This document shows positions 52,504 through 64,000 of a DNA stretch of 64,000 nucleotides, in pieces; within the stretch, counting starts at the first letter, position 1; the number at the start of each line of letters is the position of its first letter. A model generated the notes under the pieces. The model was not told where the DNA came from and did not search any database. It worked only from the letters and a program-made list of their open reading frames with translations. The stretch covers positions 31,372,001 through 31,436,000 of the forward strand of contig OX597836.1 in assembly GCA_951406725.2 (NCBI GenBank), in the 5' to 3' direction. Origin of the DNA: Octopus vulgaris. Its lineage: Eukaryota. The position numbers and the translations under genes are program-made.

Positions 52504-52737
52504 TTCCTAATGAAATTCTTCGTATCCAAACTTGTAGTTTGTACAGTTCTTACGTTGCTACTTTCCAAAACTAAATATTTATTGTACATTAAAAGCTACT
52601 TGAAAAGTCTCGTCCGAAAGGGAAATCGCTTTTGTTAATACATTTGTGTAGAAATTTTAATTAAAAGCGGACACTTCGTCAATGGAAAAAGATTCCTTGG
52701 TTCGTAATATTCACCTGTATTCCCCAACATTTTTTCT

Positions 52738-52778
<41 letters not shown>

Positions 52779-53967
52779 GTGTATAATTATAATTATTAAC
52801 TAACTAGGGAACCCCTACATCATCTTACAGCTTGCTAGAAGTAGCAGCCTAATCTCAAATCACGTTCTACCATCTTGTAGTTAAAGGTTGTAGCTGGCCG
52901 TAGTTCAGCCTGAGGTCAGCCTTGATCGTGCAGATATACGATCTCAAGCTTTCCAGATACGACTATCCAGTCTTTTTAAGAGTATTTTGGACTACATTGA
53001 CCAATATGTCTTTACCATTTTTTAAGCCGGTGGGATGCGATATGAGAAAGATTTAGCTGCTATTTCTAGCACGAAGAGCGGTGGCGCCGGGATTTCTTCT
53101 TTCGCTGTTATGTATAGGTGTTACTGTCCCGATTGAGGAGACCAAAGATGAAAAGATGAGGCGTTTCTTCCTCTATTTTTTAAGACTGTAAAGTGGGATT
53201 TCAAAGAAATTTGACTACTATTTCTAGCAGGTGATACCACAATGTGTAGGAGCTCCCTCATTCGTTTACGTTTGTGTTGGTGTTCAGACTTATTTCCAGC
53301 AGTTTTGACCAAAGACGTCCCATTTGTGATCATTTCGTCTTTCACTCACTGTGTCTGGAACCACATTATCTAATGTGTCTTTACTCGTTTTATTAGTCCC
53401 ATTATGATAGGTTTCTAGCCGAAACTCCCTCGTATTTTTCCTGCATATAGTGCATTTAAGACCACATTATCAAGCATGTCCTTCTCTAATACGACTTTTC
53501 TTTATTGTTTAATCAAGGAGAAAAGGCAGCATCCATTGCCTTTTATTTTGGAGGGACATCTGAGATCACATTGTTGACCTGGATGGAATTCTTGCCACAG
53601 AGTGCTTCGCTAAGGGCATCCAATGACCATGTGGGGGTATTAGACTGGGTGACGGTTTGAGTCCACTACTCAAGAACTTAGAAAGATAAAGTGTCAGAAC
53701 ATTGACAAAGAATCTTGTCTGAGGCTCCAAAAATTCCGCATTGATTGGTACTTTATTTTATCGACCTTAAAAATATGAAAGTCAAAGTTATCTTCAGGAA
53801 TTTGGACTCAGAGCACTCTAATGACTTAGCAAATTCGTGTGTTTCTATGGTTTGAAGTAGATGTGGCTGCTATTTCTAGCAGGTGCAATAACCGCTCAGA
53901 TGTCGCTTTATTATTTCGTGGTTTTGATAGATTTTGCACGTTGCACATGGCCCTCATTTCTTATATC

Positions 53968-54049
<82 letters not shown>

Positions 54050-54252
54050 CCTCAAGCGTACACACACAAAACATACGCACACACACACACTCACACACAC
54101 ACACACACACACACATGCTACAGATTGGTGACTCTCTCGCGATGTTGTTTCTTCATAATTCTCATTAAAATGCTTGCATTAAAATGTGATTTTGCAGAAA
54201 TACGTTTCCAAGATTGTAGATTACATGATATTGATGTTTCAAATATATAAAT

Positions 54253-54320
<68 letters not shown>

Positions 54321-56040
54321 TGGGGTGGAGAGATGTTAAATTTATAGAAATTGCTGGTAACAAAGTCAGGGCGGTGCTGGGAAGAACGAACCAAAATCTT
54401 CAAGTAAAAAAAAAAAGAAATTTTTTCCCCTAAATTTTATCAGCATAATTGTAATATACACTGTTAGGTATGTAATAACTCTGCAAAATTTAATTAAAAA
54501 ATATACATTTTCCAGAAAGTTATAAGGAAACAGAGTATCGGTAGAGGCACTAATCTGTAGTTATGCCATACATACATACATATTTTTATGTATGTATGTA
54601 TGTATTAGTCTGTGTGTGCGTGTGCACATACACATATTTTACTGATAATTTAAACGACCGCGTGGCCCAGTCGTTTAAATTACCAATAGGGTTTCTTTTT
54701 ATTTACTTTGAAGTAGTAACCACTTAGTTTATTAACAAGCAAGATTTTTTATTATTCTTATTATTATTTTAATTTCAAATAAACGATATTGTTAAAGTGA
54801 GGCTCAGGTGCGTTGGTGGAAACTTCTGTCAGCCGTTCGTTGTTAATCATAATCTAAAGCATTACGGAGATAACTTGGTCACGTTCCTATTTCGTAGTTG
54901 TTTACTTGAGAAGAAAGGCTTGAAATAGGTGATGTGTTCAACCACTACCTATCGGCCTACCTACCTACTTTTTTCCTAAATACCTTCACTGCATGTGCTG
55001 TCATAGTTTCTCTCTTAACTAACGAACGAAACACGTTGACTTTGGATGTTGTATCTATTTACCCTGTGCAAAGAAAGAAGTTCATATTAATGCGAATATT
55101 CATTAAGAATCGATGACAAACTCTTTTATATTTCATTTATAAGTTATATTTAATTATCATAGTTAGCGAATCTGTGTATAGCTTAAGGAAAGGAGACCAA
55201 CAAAAGTTTTAATTAACCTGCTGAAACAGAACCAGAGTCACACAGGTAAGATACAACTAACGTATATACATGTATATAACCGGTCATAATTATGAAATAT
55301 AAATTATCATGTAGGTTTTATTGTTACTTTTTATTGATAATGTTTATTCCAAGCGATGAAACGTTTGTTTGAGAAGTTTTTAGGATCCGATTCTATTCTA
55401 ACATTTAAAAAAAAATATTGATTTAAAAAAAAAATGACTGGTCTCTCGTTAAGGTTTGATCGAATTATGGAAGTTATAATTTGAAGCGGCTCTTGCCAAC
55501 AGCACTGACTAAATATGGGTAGAGTTTGATTCCTTCCACACCTTACTAGTTCTGTTTATTGTTACAACGTCTGACATTTGAAAAAAATCGTTTGTGCTCT
55601 CTCTGTGTGTGTTTTATTTTTATTTTTCCGCATTCCATGTTTTTGTCTAATCGCGAATCTTTGTTCTCGATTGCTAAGCTTGTTAGGGCTTGTTTTTTTT
55701 AAAACTGTTTACGTGCTGTTTTGATGGAAGTGATAAAAAAACACAAAACATTATAATTATGTGATAGCTTTCATTTGGTGATACAAAATGAACTTGCTGT
55801 CTTTAATTGTCACAGACATGCAAAACAATGCTATTACCATGCACACACACACACACAAATATCGAACGTGGTGGAAGGTTTTCAAAGACTATAATATAAA
55901 ACAATTGCATATATGTGTATGTACACACACACACACACACACACGTATACACTCACGCAGATGGACATACACACATACATACATACACATGCACAATCAT
56001 TCGCAGATCATCAATGACAAAATCGGAGTAAAGATTGAGA

Positions 56041-56087
<47 letters not shown>

Positions 56088-56155
56088 CGCCTAATAATAC
56101 TTTCATTGTTCCACCTCCTTGCGTTGTTGTCTTTTTTGTTTTCTTGTTTGGATTA

Positions 56156-56218
<63 letters not shown>

Positions 56219-57245
56219 AATTCATAGCATAATTACTTCTACAGGAATAAACAAGTTTCAGTTTAGAGACTTGGCTCTGTTGGGACAAGACAAACTGGAG
56301 TGGTTTTGATTGTGTGACATGACCTTTGAAGAATTAACCGGGGTGGCTAGGGAGGACTAATACAATTTAATCATGGCAATAATATATATTGTATTAGCTA
56401 AACAAATCTCTACACTGAAGTACAATTAAATCTGATTTTAGGTCAGCCGAACAGTTTGAGATATTTATGTTTTAAGTTTGTTCAATATAATTGCGTAGAT
56501 AATGTCTTTTAAGTGAAATGTCAAAAAAAAAAAAAAAATGTACAGTGCCGACTGAAGCTGGAAAAATCATTGTGAATAGTTAGTTTGTTTACTCCATCGA
56601 AGAAGTTCTCTGGATGCCTTGCTAAACTTATTAATTAATTATTACCTGCTGCAAATTTTGAAGCATAACTACTTAGTAAAGATTATATATATATGCTGCT
56701 CCCTTGCTCACCGTATATTTCAGACACATTGTGTGTCGATGACCAGCTGGAAAAGATGTTTTCCTGGGGGGTTAAAAAGTAATTACATGGTCCTACGCAG
56801 GACTGTCACCTTACGCTGGCAAATAAATTTTACGATATATTTATATATAGGTAGATAGATAGATAGAGAGTAGATAGATATACTGCTGTTGTTATTAGCC
56901 TCAAGTCAAGCATTTAAGCAGAACTATAACGAAATCTATTCAAACCATCATCACCATCCTGTCTTTTTTTTTTCTTTCTAATTTCCTTTTCGGGCATTCC
57001 TTTTCGGGCAATGTCCTTATTTAAACAGTAGAGGGTTATTTGAGGGAGATACAGTTACTATTTATAGCAGATCGAGCGACAGTGTAGATATCCTAGTCCA
57101 CTAGTATGTTTGTTATTGATTCTAGCCCTCGTTGAGTACTCCTAAGATCAAAAGCAATTCCAGCTATGGAATTTTCTAAAATAATTCTATAGATTTACAA
57201 AAAGATGACATGTATACGTTTCATCCTTTCCATTTCTCTATCTCC

Positions 57246-57307
<62 letters not shown>

Positions 57308-58789
57308 GTCTGTCTAGAACTACGATGTCCAATGTATGCATGTGTATTTTAAGGCAAGGCTGTGATTTTTTTAGATGGGGAGAGAGAATTTGTCTGCGGT
57401 TTTTTAAAAGATCGAGATTATGCCGTATTTATCTCCACACCCCTGCTGCTCTATATATGTATAATTAATAATATATAAAACATGCTACCAAAACAAAAAA
57501 AGAAAGAGAAAAAGAAACGTGATTTATTAATCTTTGACGGTGTTATATGAAAGGTGGGTGATGGGAAGACTTTAAGATCAATCGATATATAAACGCAATC
57601 GTTGTGTTCACCTGACAGTGTCACGTGTAGAAAAGCTCGCTTTCATCCCAAGTGTAATCTAAAACCGTCCCAGCTACTACTAATGTTGTAGCAAGTACTA
57701 AGTAGTTGTAACTAATCTGCACAAGTTTGAAATAATCGAAATATTCTAACTGGGCTACTACGTTTAGAAACCATCTAATCGAAATATCGTAACTAGGTTA
57801 CTACTTTTAGAAACCATCTATACATTGTGTGTGTGTATGACACATTATTACTAAATTAATTTATCATTTCGCAAGGAAAAAAAATACTCTATTATTTTAA
57901 AATATAATTCTAAATGCAACAACTATGCAATCAAATGATAAACTCTTTTCTATTTGTCTAACTACTTATTTACCTGCCTGGTTATCTCCGTATTTATCTA
58001 GTTATCTATCAACCTACCTCACTCTTTCTGTGTATGTGTGTGAGTGTTTGTACCTCTATATCTGCTTGCCTGACAACATACGTTAAAATCAGGAGTCCGA
58101 CGATCTGCATCTTCTCTTGCCTCGTCCAAAGAACGGTTCGGTAACTTTAACTCTTCGCGTACTTTTACAACTGCCTGAAGACATCCGGCTCACCTAACTC
58201 ATTAATTTTACTGGGTGAAATAGGTGTTCACCATCCCTAAGCACCTAACTACATAGTATTTATCTGACTGTTTGTTAATAAATAGAAATGTAACGAATGC
58301 GAATGACCTGCTGTGTATCAGATTACTCTATCTCTAGTTTAATTCGATGATATTACTACATAGAACCAAATAGTTTTCACTGTCTCACTCGGGTGGGTAG
58401 CAACCACAATTGTTGGTTTGGGTATGACGCAAGACTAACGTTTCTAACCGCTAAAAATATCGAAACCACTATTTATAGGTTTATATTTTATCGATCCCAG
58501 AGTAAGTTAGTTATTGACAAGTTTAGCAGAAGATACGACAACTGAAATATACTTTATGGAGTGTGTGTGTTTGCACATACGTTTATGTGTATGTATATAT
58601 ATTTGTCTTCAAACACACATATATGTTAATATATATAAGTACAGTGCAGAGTCTTCGAAATTCCGAGCTGTTGTCCGGCACACTATGACCAGAGGGGGTG
58701 AAAGCACTCTTTAACTTTCGTTGAAGTATGTCTCTAGGTGAAGGTTACATTGTTGTAAAACCTCTTAACGTTGCTGAGACAGATTGTGC

Positions 58790-59165
58790 AAGCTGTTCTC
58801 AAAATTTCGCACGGCCATTGCTGACATATTTTCTAATTCTCAATGATGGTCAAACTCGTTTAACGAGTTAACTTTATTCTCATCGTGGAGAATAATTCGA
58901 CGATAGCCCCCCCATGGGTGAGTTCACAAATCCCACCCGCCACATTTTTGCTTGTGATCCGTCACTGTGAATGTTCATCTTCTTGAACCAACACTCTACT
59001 AGCCTTGAAAGGGGCATGCCACTCAAAAACTTACGATCAACTTAAAAATTAATTTTAATGTTCACTAAAAGCCTGAAGAAGCGTTTTACAGGTTTTGATA
59101 GTTGATTTTCCATGCAAAATTTGAAGGCAAGAATGTTTCTCAAATTTGTCAGCTATCATAAAAAC
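58790..59165 (-). pseudogene. Mariner transposase N-terminal relic
   Basis: Reverse complement gives LLQAFSEH..S*VFEWHAPFKASRVLVQEDEHS, resembling the mariner HTH segment (VFEWHKRFKEGRESVEDD.RSGRP). Confidence 0.7.
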
Positions 59166-59739
59166 TGCACAATTCTTCTAACACCATGTTGCAAAATCTT
59201 ACATAATGATTGAGGTAGCTTGTACAACTATCTCAAAGATGTTTATCTAAAAGAACCATGAACTTTTTGCCTGCATGCTTTGAATGTTAATTCTAATGTA
59301 GGGAAGAAATTACTGGCCTTTTTAAACAGAAGGTCGTGGATTTTTTCGCTTTGACCAGCAGATTTTAAAAATAATTTCTTTGTATCTAAACACTTTTAAA
59401 CTTCGTATACTGGTAGAATGTGTTACATAAAACATCTTTTTCTCTTGGCTTTCTTGAGAAAATTCTGTAGTTTGTAAGCTATTTATTGTTTAATTTCTTG
59501 CATTTCGGCAATTTCAACCAATCAATGACGTCTATTGAGGTGAAGGTTTTCGAAAAGTATTCCATGAAAATCAGCTACAGTTCTCTTAACAATGAAGGTA
59601 CTCATCACAAACAAGCTTGTTAAACATGACAGGCCTGGTTGTTCATGCAGGAAGACAGTTACTTGCCTTCTTAGGTTAGATATTCAATGTAAAATTGATT
59701 ATATATAAAGTGTTGGTTACCTCTAACATGCTAAACTGA

Positions 59740-60192
59740 ATAGCAGATAATTTCTGTTAGTTTGCTGACCTAACTGGCAGGGGAGGAGGATGCTCTGAAA
59801 GCATAGATGCTAAAATAAGAATTGGCTGGAGAAAGTTCAGAGAGCTTTTATCTCTGCTGGTAATGAAAGGCCTCTCTCCCAGAGAGAAAGACAGATTGTG
59901 AGATGCTTGTGTATGAACAGCAACATTACATGGTAGTGAAACGTGGGCTGTGAATGCAGAAAGGTTAGAAAAAAAAAGAGAAAAAAAGAAGCCAGTATAC
60001 TTCACTTCAGTATGTATGTACAACAAAATGTTAATATGTATTAAGAGAAAAATTGAGAAATGGAAACATCAAAGAGAAGACTGCTGGTATAGTTGTGATG
60101 GATATGGATGAGGACTGCTGCATAAAGAAGTACTGACCGCTAAATGTGGATGGAGTCTGTAGAAGAGGTAGACCCTGGAAGGTATGGGGAGA
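59740..60192 (+). mobile_element. RTE LINE ORF relic (post-RT region)
   Basis: GGGCSESIDAKIRIGWRKFRELL..TATLHGSETWAV..MDEDCCIKK..VDGVCRRGRPWKVW with stops. Confidence 0.85.
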
Positions 60193-60193
60193 A

Positions 60194-60435
60194 AGTTAAC
60201 TTTATTCTCATCGTGGAGATAGCCCCCATGGGTGAGTTCACAAATCCCACCCGCCACATTTTTGCTTGTGATCCGTCACTGTGAATGTTCATCTTCTTGA
60301 ACCAACACTCTACTAGCCTTGAAAGAGGCATGCCACTCAAAAACTTATGATCAACTTAAAGATTTATTTTAATGTTCACTAAAAGCCTGAAGAAGCGTTT
60401 TACAGGTTTTGATTGTAGATTTTCCATGCAAAATC
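60194..60435 (-). pseudogene. Near-identical duplicate of the mariner relic
   Basis: Aligns to about 58867-59120 with few differences. Confidence 0.85.
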
Positions 60436-61189
60436 TTGAGATAATGAGTCTCACAAAAATGATAAAATGAGTTGATTGATGGTTTACTGTGCTCAAGAAA
60501 ACCTATCCATTGCAGCAAAAATGAGGCCCTAAAAACATATTGCTTTTGAATATGCCCCTGCATCCAATCTCTCCCTGGCATATCTCTTCCCTACAACTCC
60601 TCTTCCTAACACCCACTTCTCTATCACTCTTCTGACTACAGCACTATTCACTCAGCGACTGGAATTATATGAGAGTGGAACTGAGCATCTTCCATCCTCC
60701 ATCATTTTTTGTACTCCATTTCACCCTTCCTGGGACCACTCACTATGTCTTTTGTATTCTCAGTATCTTCCCTTACTTCCTTATTTTCTGCTGACTGGCT
60801 CTTTCTCCTCCACTTTTTCCCTTGTACATCCTCTCATTCCACCAATGTAAGTCCCCACTACTTATGTTCATCTCCCACTATTTCCACCCCTATGTACCTC
60901 TGACCTTGTCCCTGGAACTGTGCATCTCTTGTTCACTGCCCACACTCCACATCACCTATGCTACCTCCTATTGCCTTCACTTTCTCCCCCAACACACACA
61001 CACACACAACCAAAAAAGCAAAGATATTCAACCATTCACTGCATTCACCCCTATCTCTATCTGCTACCCTCCTTTCACATTCTCATGATCTTACTATGCG
61101 CTCACCCTGTCCAATCCTCTGGACCATTTCTCTTATATTTACCTTCCTGTAACTTAAGGATACACCACGACAATTCTTCACCACCCTTC

Positions 61190-61315
61190 TTCATTTCATG
61201 TTGCTCCAGTCCACTCAGCTGGCAAAAATGAGTAACGCTGCGATGGACTGACATCCCATCCAGCTGGGGAACACATATGCCATAGAAACTGGGCCCATGA
61301 GCCTGGCTAGGTTTC
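61190..61315 (+). mobile_element. 5'-truncated SINE family C
   Basis: Matches 61772-61905. Confidence 0.85.
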
Positions 61316-61532
61316 TTTTCCAACTGAGTTAGCCATGTATCTCCTCTACTGTATGGCATCTGTTTTTGTCCCTCTGTTGTGCTTTAACCTCTCATCTCTT
61401 GGCATAAAGCCGCCTCCCTCAATACTGCAACCCATCCTCAGTTAAAGAGTTTTGTTTTGCGAGATACTTGGTGACCTGAGGGAGTGTTGCTACCACATAA
61501 AAGCACCCAGTACAGTCTGTGAAGTGATTGGC

Positions 61533-62036
61533 TTAACCCTTCAGCATTCAGATTGCTCTGTCAAATGTTACACTTATTCACATTGCTTTGAATTAATTAT
61601 GTATTATCTTGTAGTTTTGAAATTTCGATGATGTGATTATATGTTTTTAGAATGACATTATAGGGTAAGGTGGAGGCACGTGGCTTAGTGGTTAGGGTGT
61701 CAGCGTCATGATCGTAAAATTGTGGTTTCGATTCCCGGACTGGGCGACGCGTTGTGTTCTTGAGCAAAACACTTCATTTCACATTGCTCCAGTCCACTCA
61801 GCTGGCAAAAATGAGTAACGCTGCGATGGACTGGCATCCCATCCAGCTGCAGAACACATATGCCATTGAAACCAGGAAACCGGGCCCATGAGCCTGGCTA
61901 GGCTTTAAAAAAAAGGGCACGTTTATTTTTTTATTTATTATAGGGTAGGTGTAAGTTGCTGGATCTGACAAGTTTGAACATAAAAACGGGTAGAATATTT
62001 GGGCGAGATACGGCTGGGTTAAATGCTAAAAAGTTG
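61533..62036. mobile_element. piggyBac-type MITE interrupted by a SINE C
   Basis: ttaacccttcagcatt...aatgctaaaaagttgaa. Confidence 0.8.
61671..61935 (+). mobile_element. Full-length SINE family C (V-SINE-like) with TSD
   Basis: A and B boxes, ctgcgatggactggcatcccatccag; attatagggta on both sides. Confidence 0.9.
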
Positions 62037-62276
62037 AAGGGTTTCAAGTCATGGAAACGATGACATGGCAGACATTCAAACTTGATACGATTCTCTGGCT
62101 TGTCAGCTCCTGTCATACTATCCAATCCATGTTGGATGGGAAAACAGACATTATTCACACTCACACACATATACACACCCATTTGATTTTATCATTATAC
62201 TATCTTCACATGCTTCTCCGTTTTCACACCTTTTACACAACAACAGTCCCTCAATATATACACACACACACACATA

Positions 62277-62511
62277 CAGGATTGGCCAAAAGTCACTTGA
62301 CATTAAATCAAAACCCATTAAATTCCAAGATTTATTTATGTTTAACAACTGAATGAGACTTCACTAATTAATGAACAGACAAATGTTGAGAAAATAACTG
62401 ATTTTGACTCAGCATTTAATTATCTAGTATTCACAATTGGAATGAATAAATAAAACTGAATATTAAGTATTTATGGACTTTTGATTACTGTTGGGTGACT
62501 TTTGGCCAACC

Positions 62512-62514
<3 letters not shown>
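62277..62514. mobile_element. Tc1/mariner MITE
   Basis: TA|CAGGATTGGCCAAAAGTCAC ... GTGACTTTTGGCCAACCCTG|TA. Confidence 0.88.
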
Positions 62515-62540
<26 letters not shown>

Positions 62541-62542
<2 letters not shown>

Positions 62543-62696
62543 ATGGGAAGCTTTATGAAAATAAACAAAAGACAAACGCAGGTGGAGTACAAACAAACAA
62601 TTGTATTAGTATGGCGCTCAGGAATATAAATAAAACAAGTCTTTTATGTTTCGAGCCTATGCTCTTCAACAGAAAGATACACAGAAAAAAAAAAAA
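62541..62696 (-). mobile_element. Third copy of the short hammerhead-like repeat, flanked by (TA)n
   Basis: Reverse complement CTTT-CTGTTGAA-GAGC/GCTC-GAAAC-ATA-AAAG. Confidence 0.65.
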
Positions 62697-62783
62697 TATA
62701 TATATATATATGTAGGTCCCGGGTTGAGTCGGGGTTAACCACAGTAAATAAGGTACTCAATACATAGCAGAGTAAATTAATTT

Positions 62784-62890
62784 ATTTTATAGAAGGAGCT
62801 TCTACAGGACTAGAACTGTTTCATTCAAATGAAATCATGATTTCATTTGAATGAAACAGTTCTAGTCCTGTAGAAGCTCCTTCTATAAAA

Positions 62891-62891
<1 letters not shown>
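62784..62891. repeat. Perfect 108-bp palindrome with no spacer
   Basis: 54-bp arms, centre at 62837/62838. Confidence 0.95.
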
Positions 62892-62922
<31 letters not shown>

Positions 62923-62924
<2 letters not shown>

Positions 62925-64000
62925 CGTGCTGTGGGCACAACAAACACCATCCGATCGTGGCCGTTCGCCAGCCTCATCTGGCACCTGTGTCGGTGGCACA
63001 TAAAGACACCATCCGAAGACCCGGCGACGTAGTCAGTCCACCTGTGCATACCTTCCCTCTTATGACACTTGTGAAGACCTGTTGAGGCAAGTGTGTGACA
63101 CTTGTGAAGACCTGCTGAGGCAGAGGCAAGTGTGTGACACTTGTGGAGACCTGTTGAGGCAAGTGTGTGACCCTTGTGAAGACCTGTTGAGGCAAGTGAA
63201 AATCAAATCAAACCAAATCAAAATAGATGAACATCAATGGAATTTGTATCTTTGTGGTTCCAGTACCGGTGGCACACAAGAAAACCATCCGAACGTGGCC
63301 GTAGCCAGTACCGCATCGACTGGCCTCCGTGCTGTGGGGACGTAACAAACACCATCCGATCGTGGCCGTCCGCCAGCCTCATCTGGCACCTGTGTCGGTG
63401 GCACATAAAAACACCATCCGAGCGTGGCCGTCTGCCAGCCTCGTCTGGCACCTGTGTCGGGGGCACATAAAAACACCATCTGAGCGTGGCCGTTCGCCAG
63501 CCTCGTCTGGCACCTGTGTCGGTGGCACATAAAAACACCATCCGAAGACCCGGCAAGACTAGTCAGGCCATAACCCGTGGCCCCTACCTGGGACGTAGTC
63601 AGTCCACCTGTGCATACCTTCCTTCTTGTGACACTTGTGAAGACCTGTTGAGGCAAGTGAAAATCAAATCAAATCAAAACAAATCAAAATAGATGAACAT
63701 CAATGGAATTTGTATCTTTGTGGTACCAGTGCCGGTGGCACATAAGAAAATCATCCGAACGTGGCCGTAGCCAGTACCGCATCGACTGGCCTCCGTGCTT
63801 TGGGGACGTAACAAACACCATCCGATCGTGGCCGTCCGCCAGCCTCATCTGGCACCTGTGTCGGTGGCACATAAAAACACCATCCGAGCGTGGCCGTCTG
63901 CCAGCCTCGTCTGGCACCTGTGTCGGGGGCACATAAAAACACCATCTGAGCGTGGCCGTTCGCCAGCCTCGTCTGGCACCTGTGTCGGTGGCACATAAAA
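62923..64000 (+). repeat. Higher-order tandem repeat (about 466-bp unit with about 60-bp subunits) related to RTE 3' UTR
   Basis: aaaatagatgaacatcaatgg at about 63220 and 63686; ggtggcacataaaaacacc subunits; runs off the window end. Confidence 0.9.

Noticed and set aside
63330-64000. CRISPR-like array or Cys/His-rich ORFs
   Set aside because: Contiguous tandem units without unique spacers; ORFs are repeat translations

Overview
Eukaryotic, AT-rich, repeat-dominated DNA. The repeat families and microsatellite load suggest a coleoid cephalopod (Octopus-like); this is inferred from remembered repeat motifs, not from a search. No complete protein-coding gene is recognisable, and nearly all ORF-track entries are translations of microsatellites or SINEs. 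The window holds three tRNA-derived SINE families (several nested, with target-site duplications), RTE-clade LINE relics and their 3' UTRs, and two non-autonomous Helitrons. It also holds piggyBac-, hAT- and Tc1/mariner-type MITEs, a duplicated mariner transposase relic, and short (TA)n-associated Penelope-like repeats carrying hammerhead-ribozyme-like cores. Main leads: (i) hammerhead-like motifs, including a family with a CUGUNGA core in all three copies, plus associated palindromes; (ii) minus-strand candidate short exons with shared phase and often hydrophobic tails in a CpG-depleted 1.4-28 kb domain; (iii) a 1 kb ordered TATG/CATG/TACG satellite; (iv) a tandemly amplified RTE 3' UTR. Coordinates were counted by eye and repeat boundaries are approximate.
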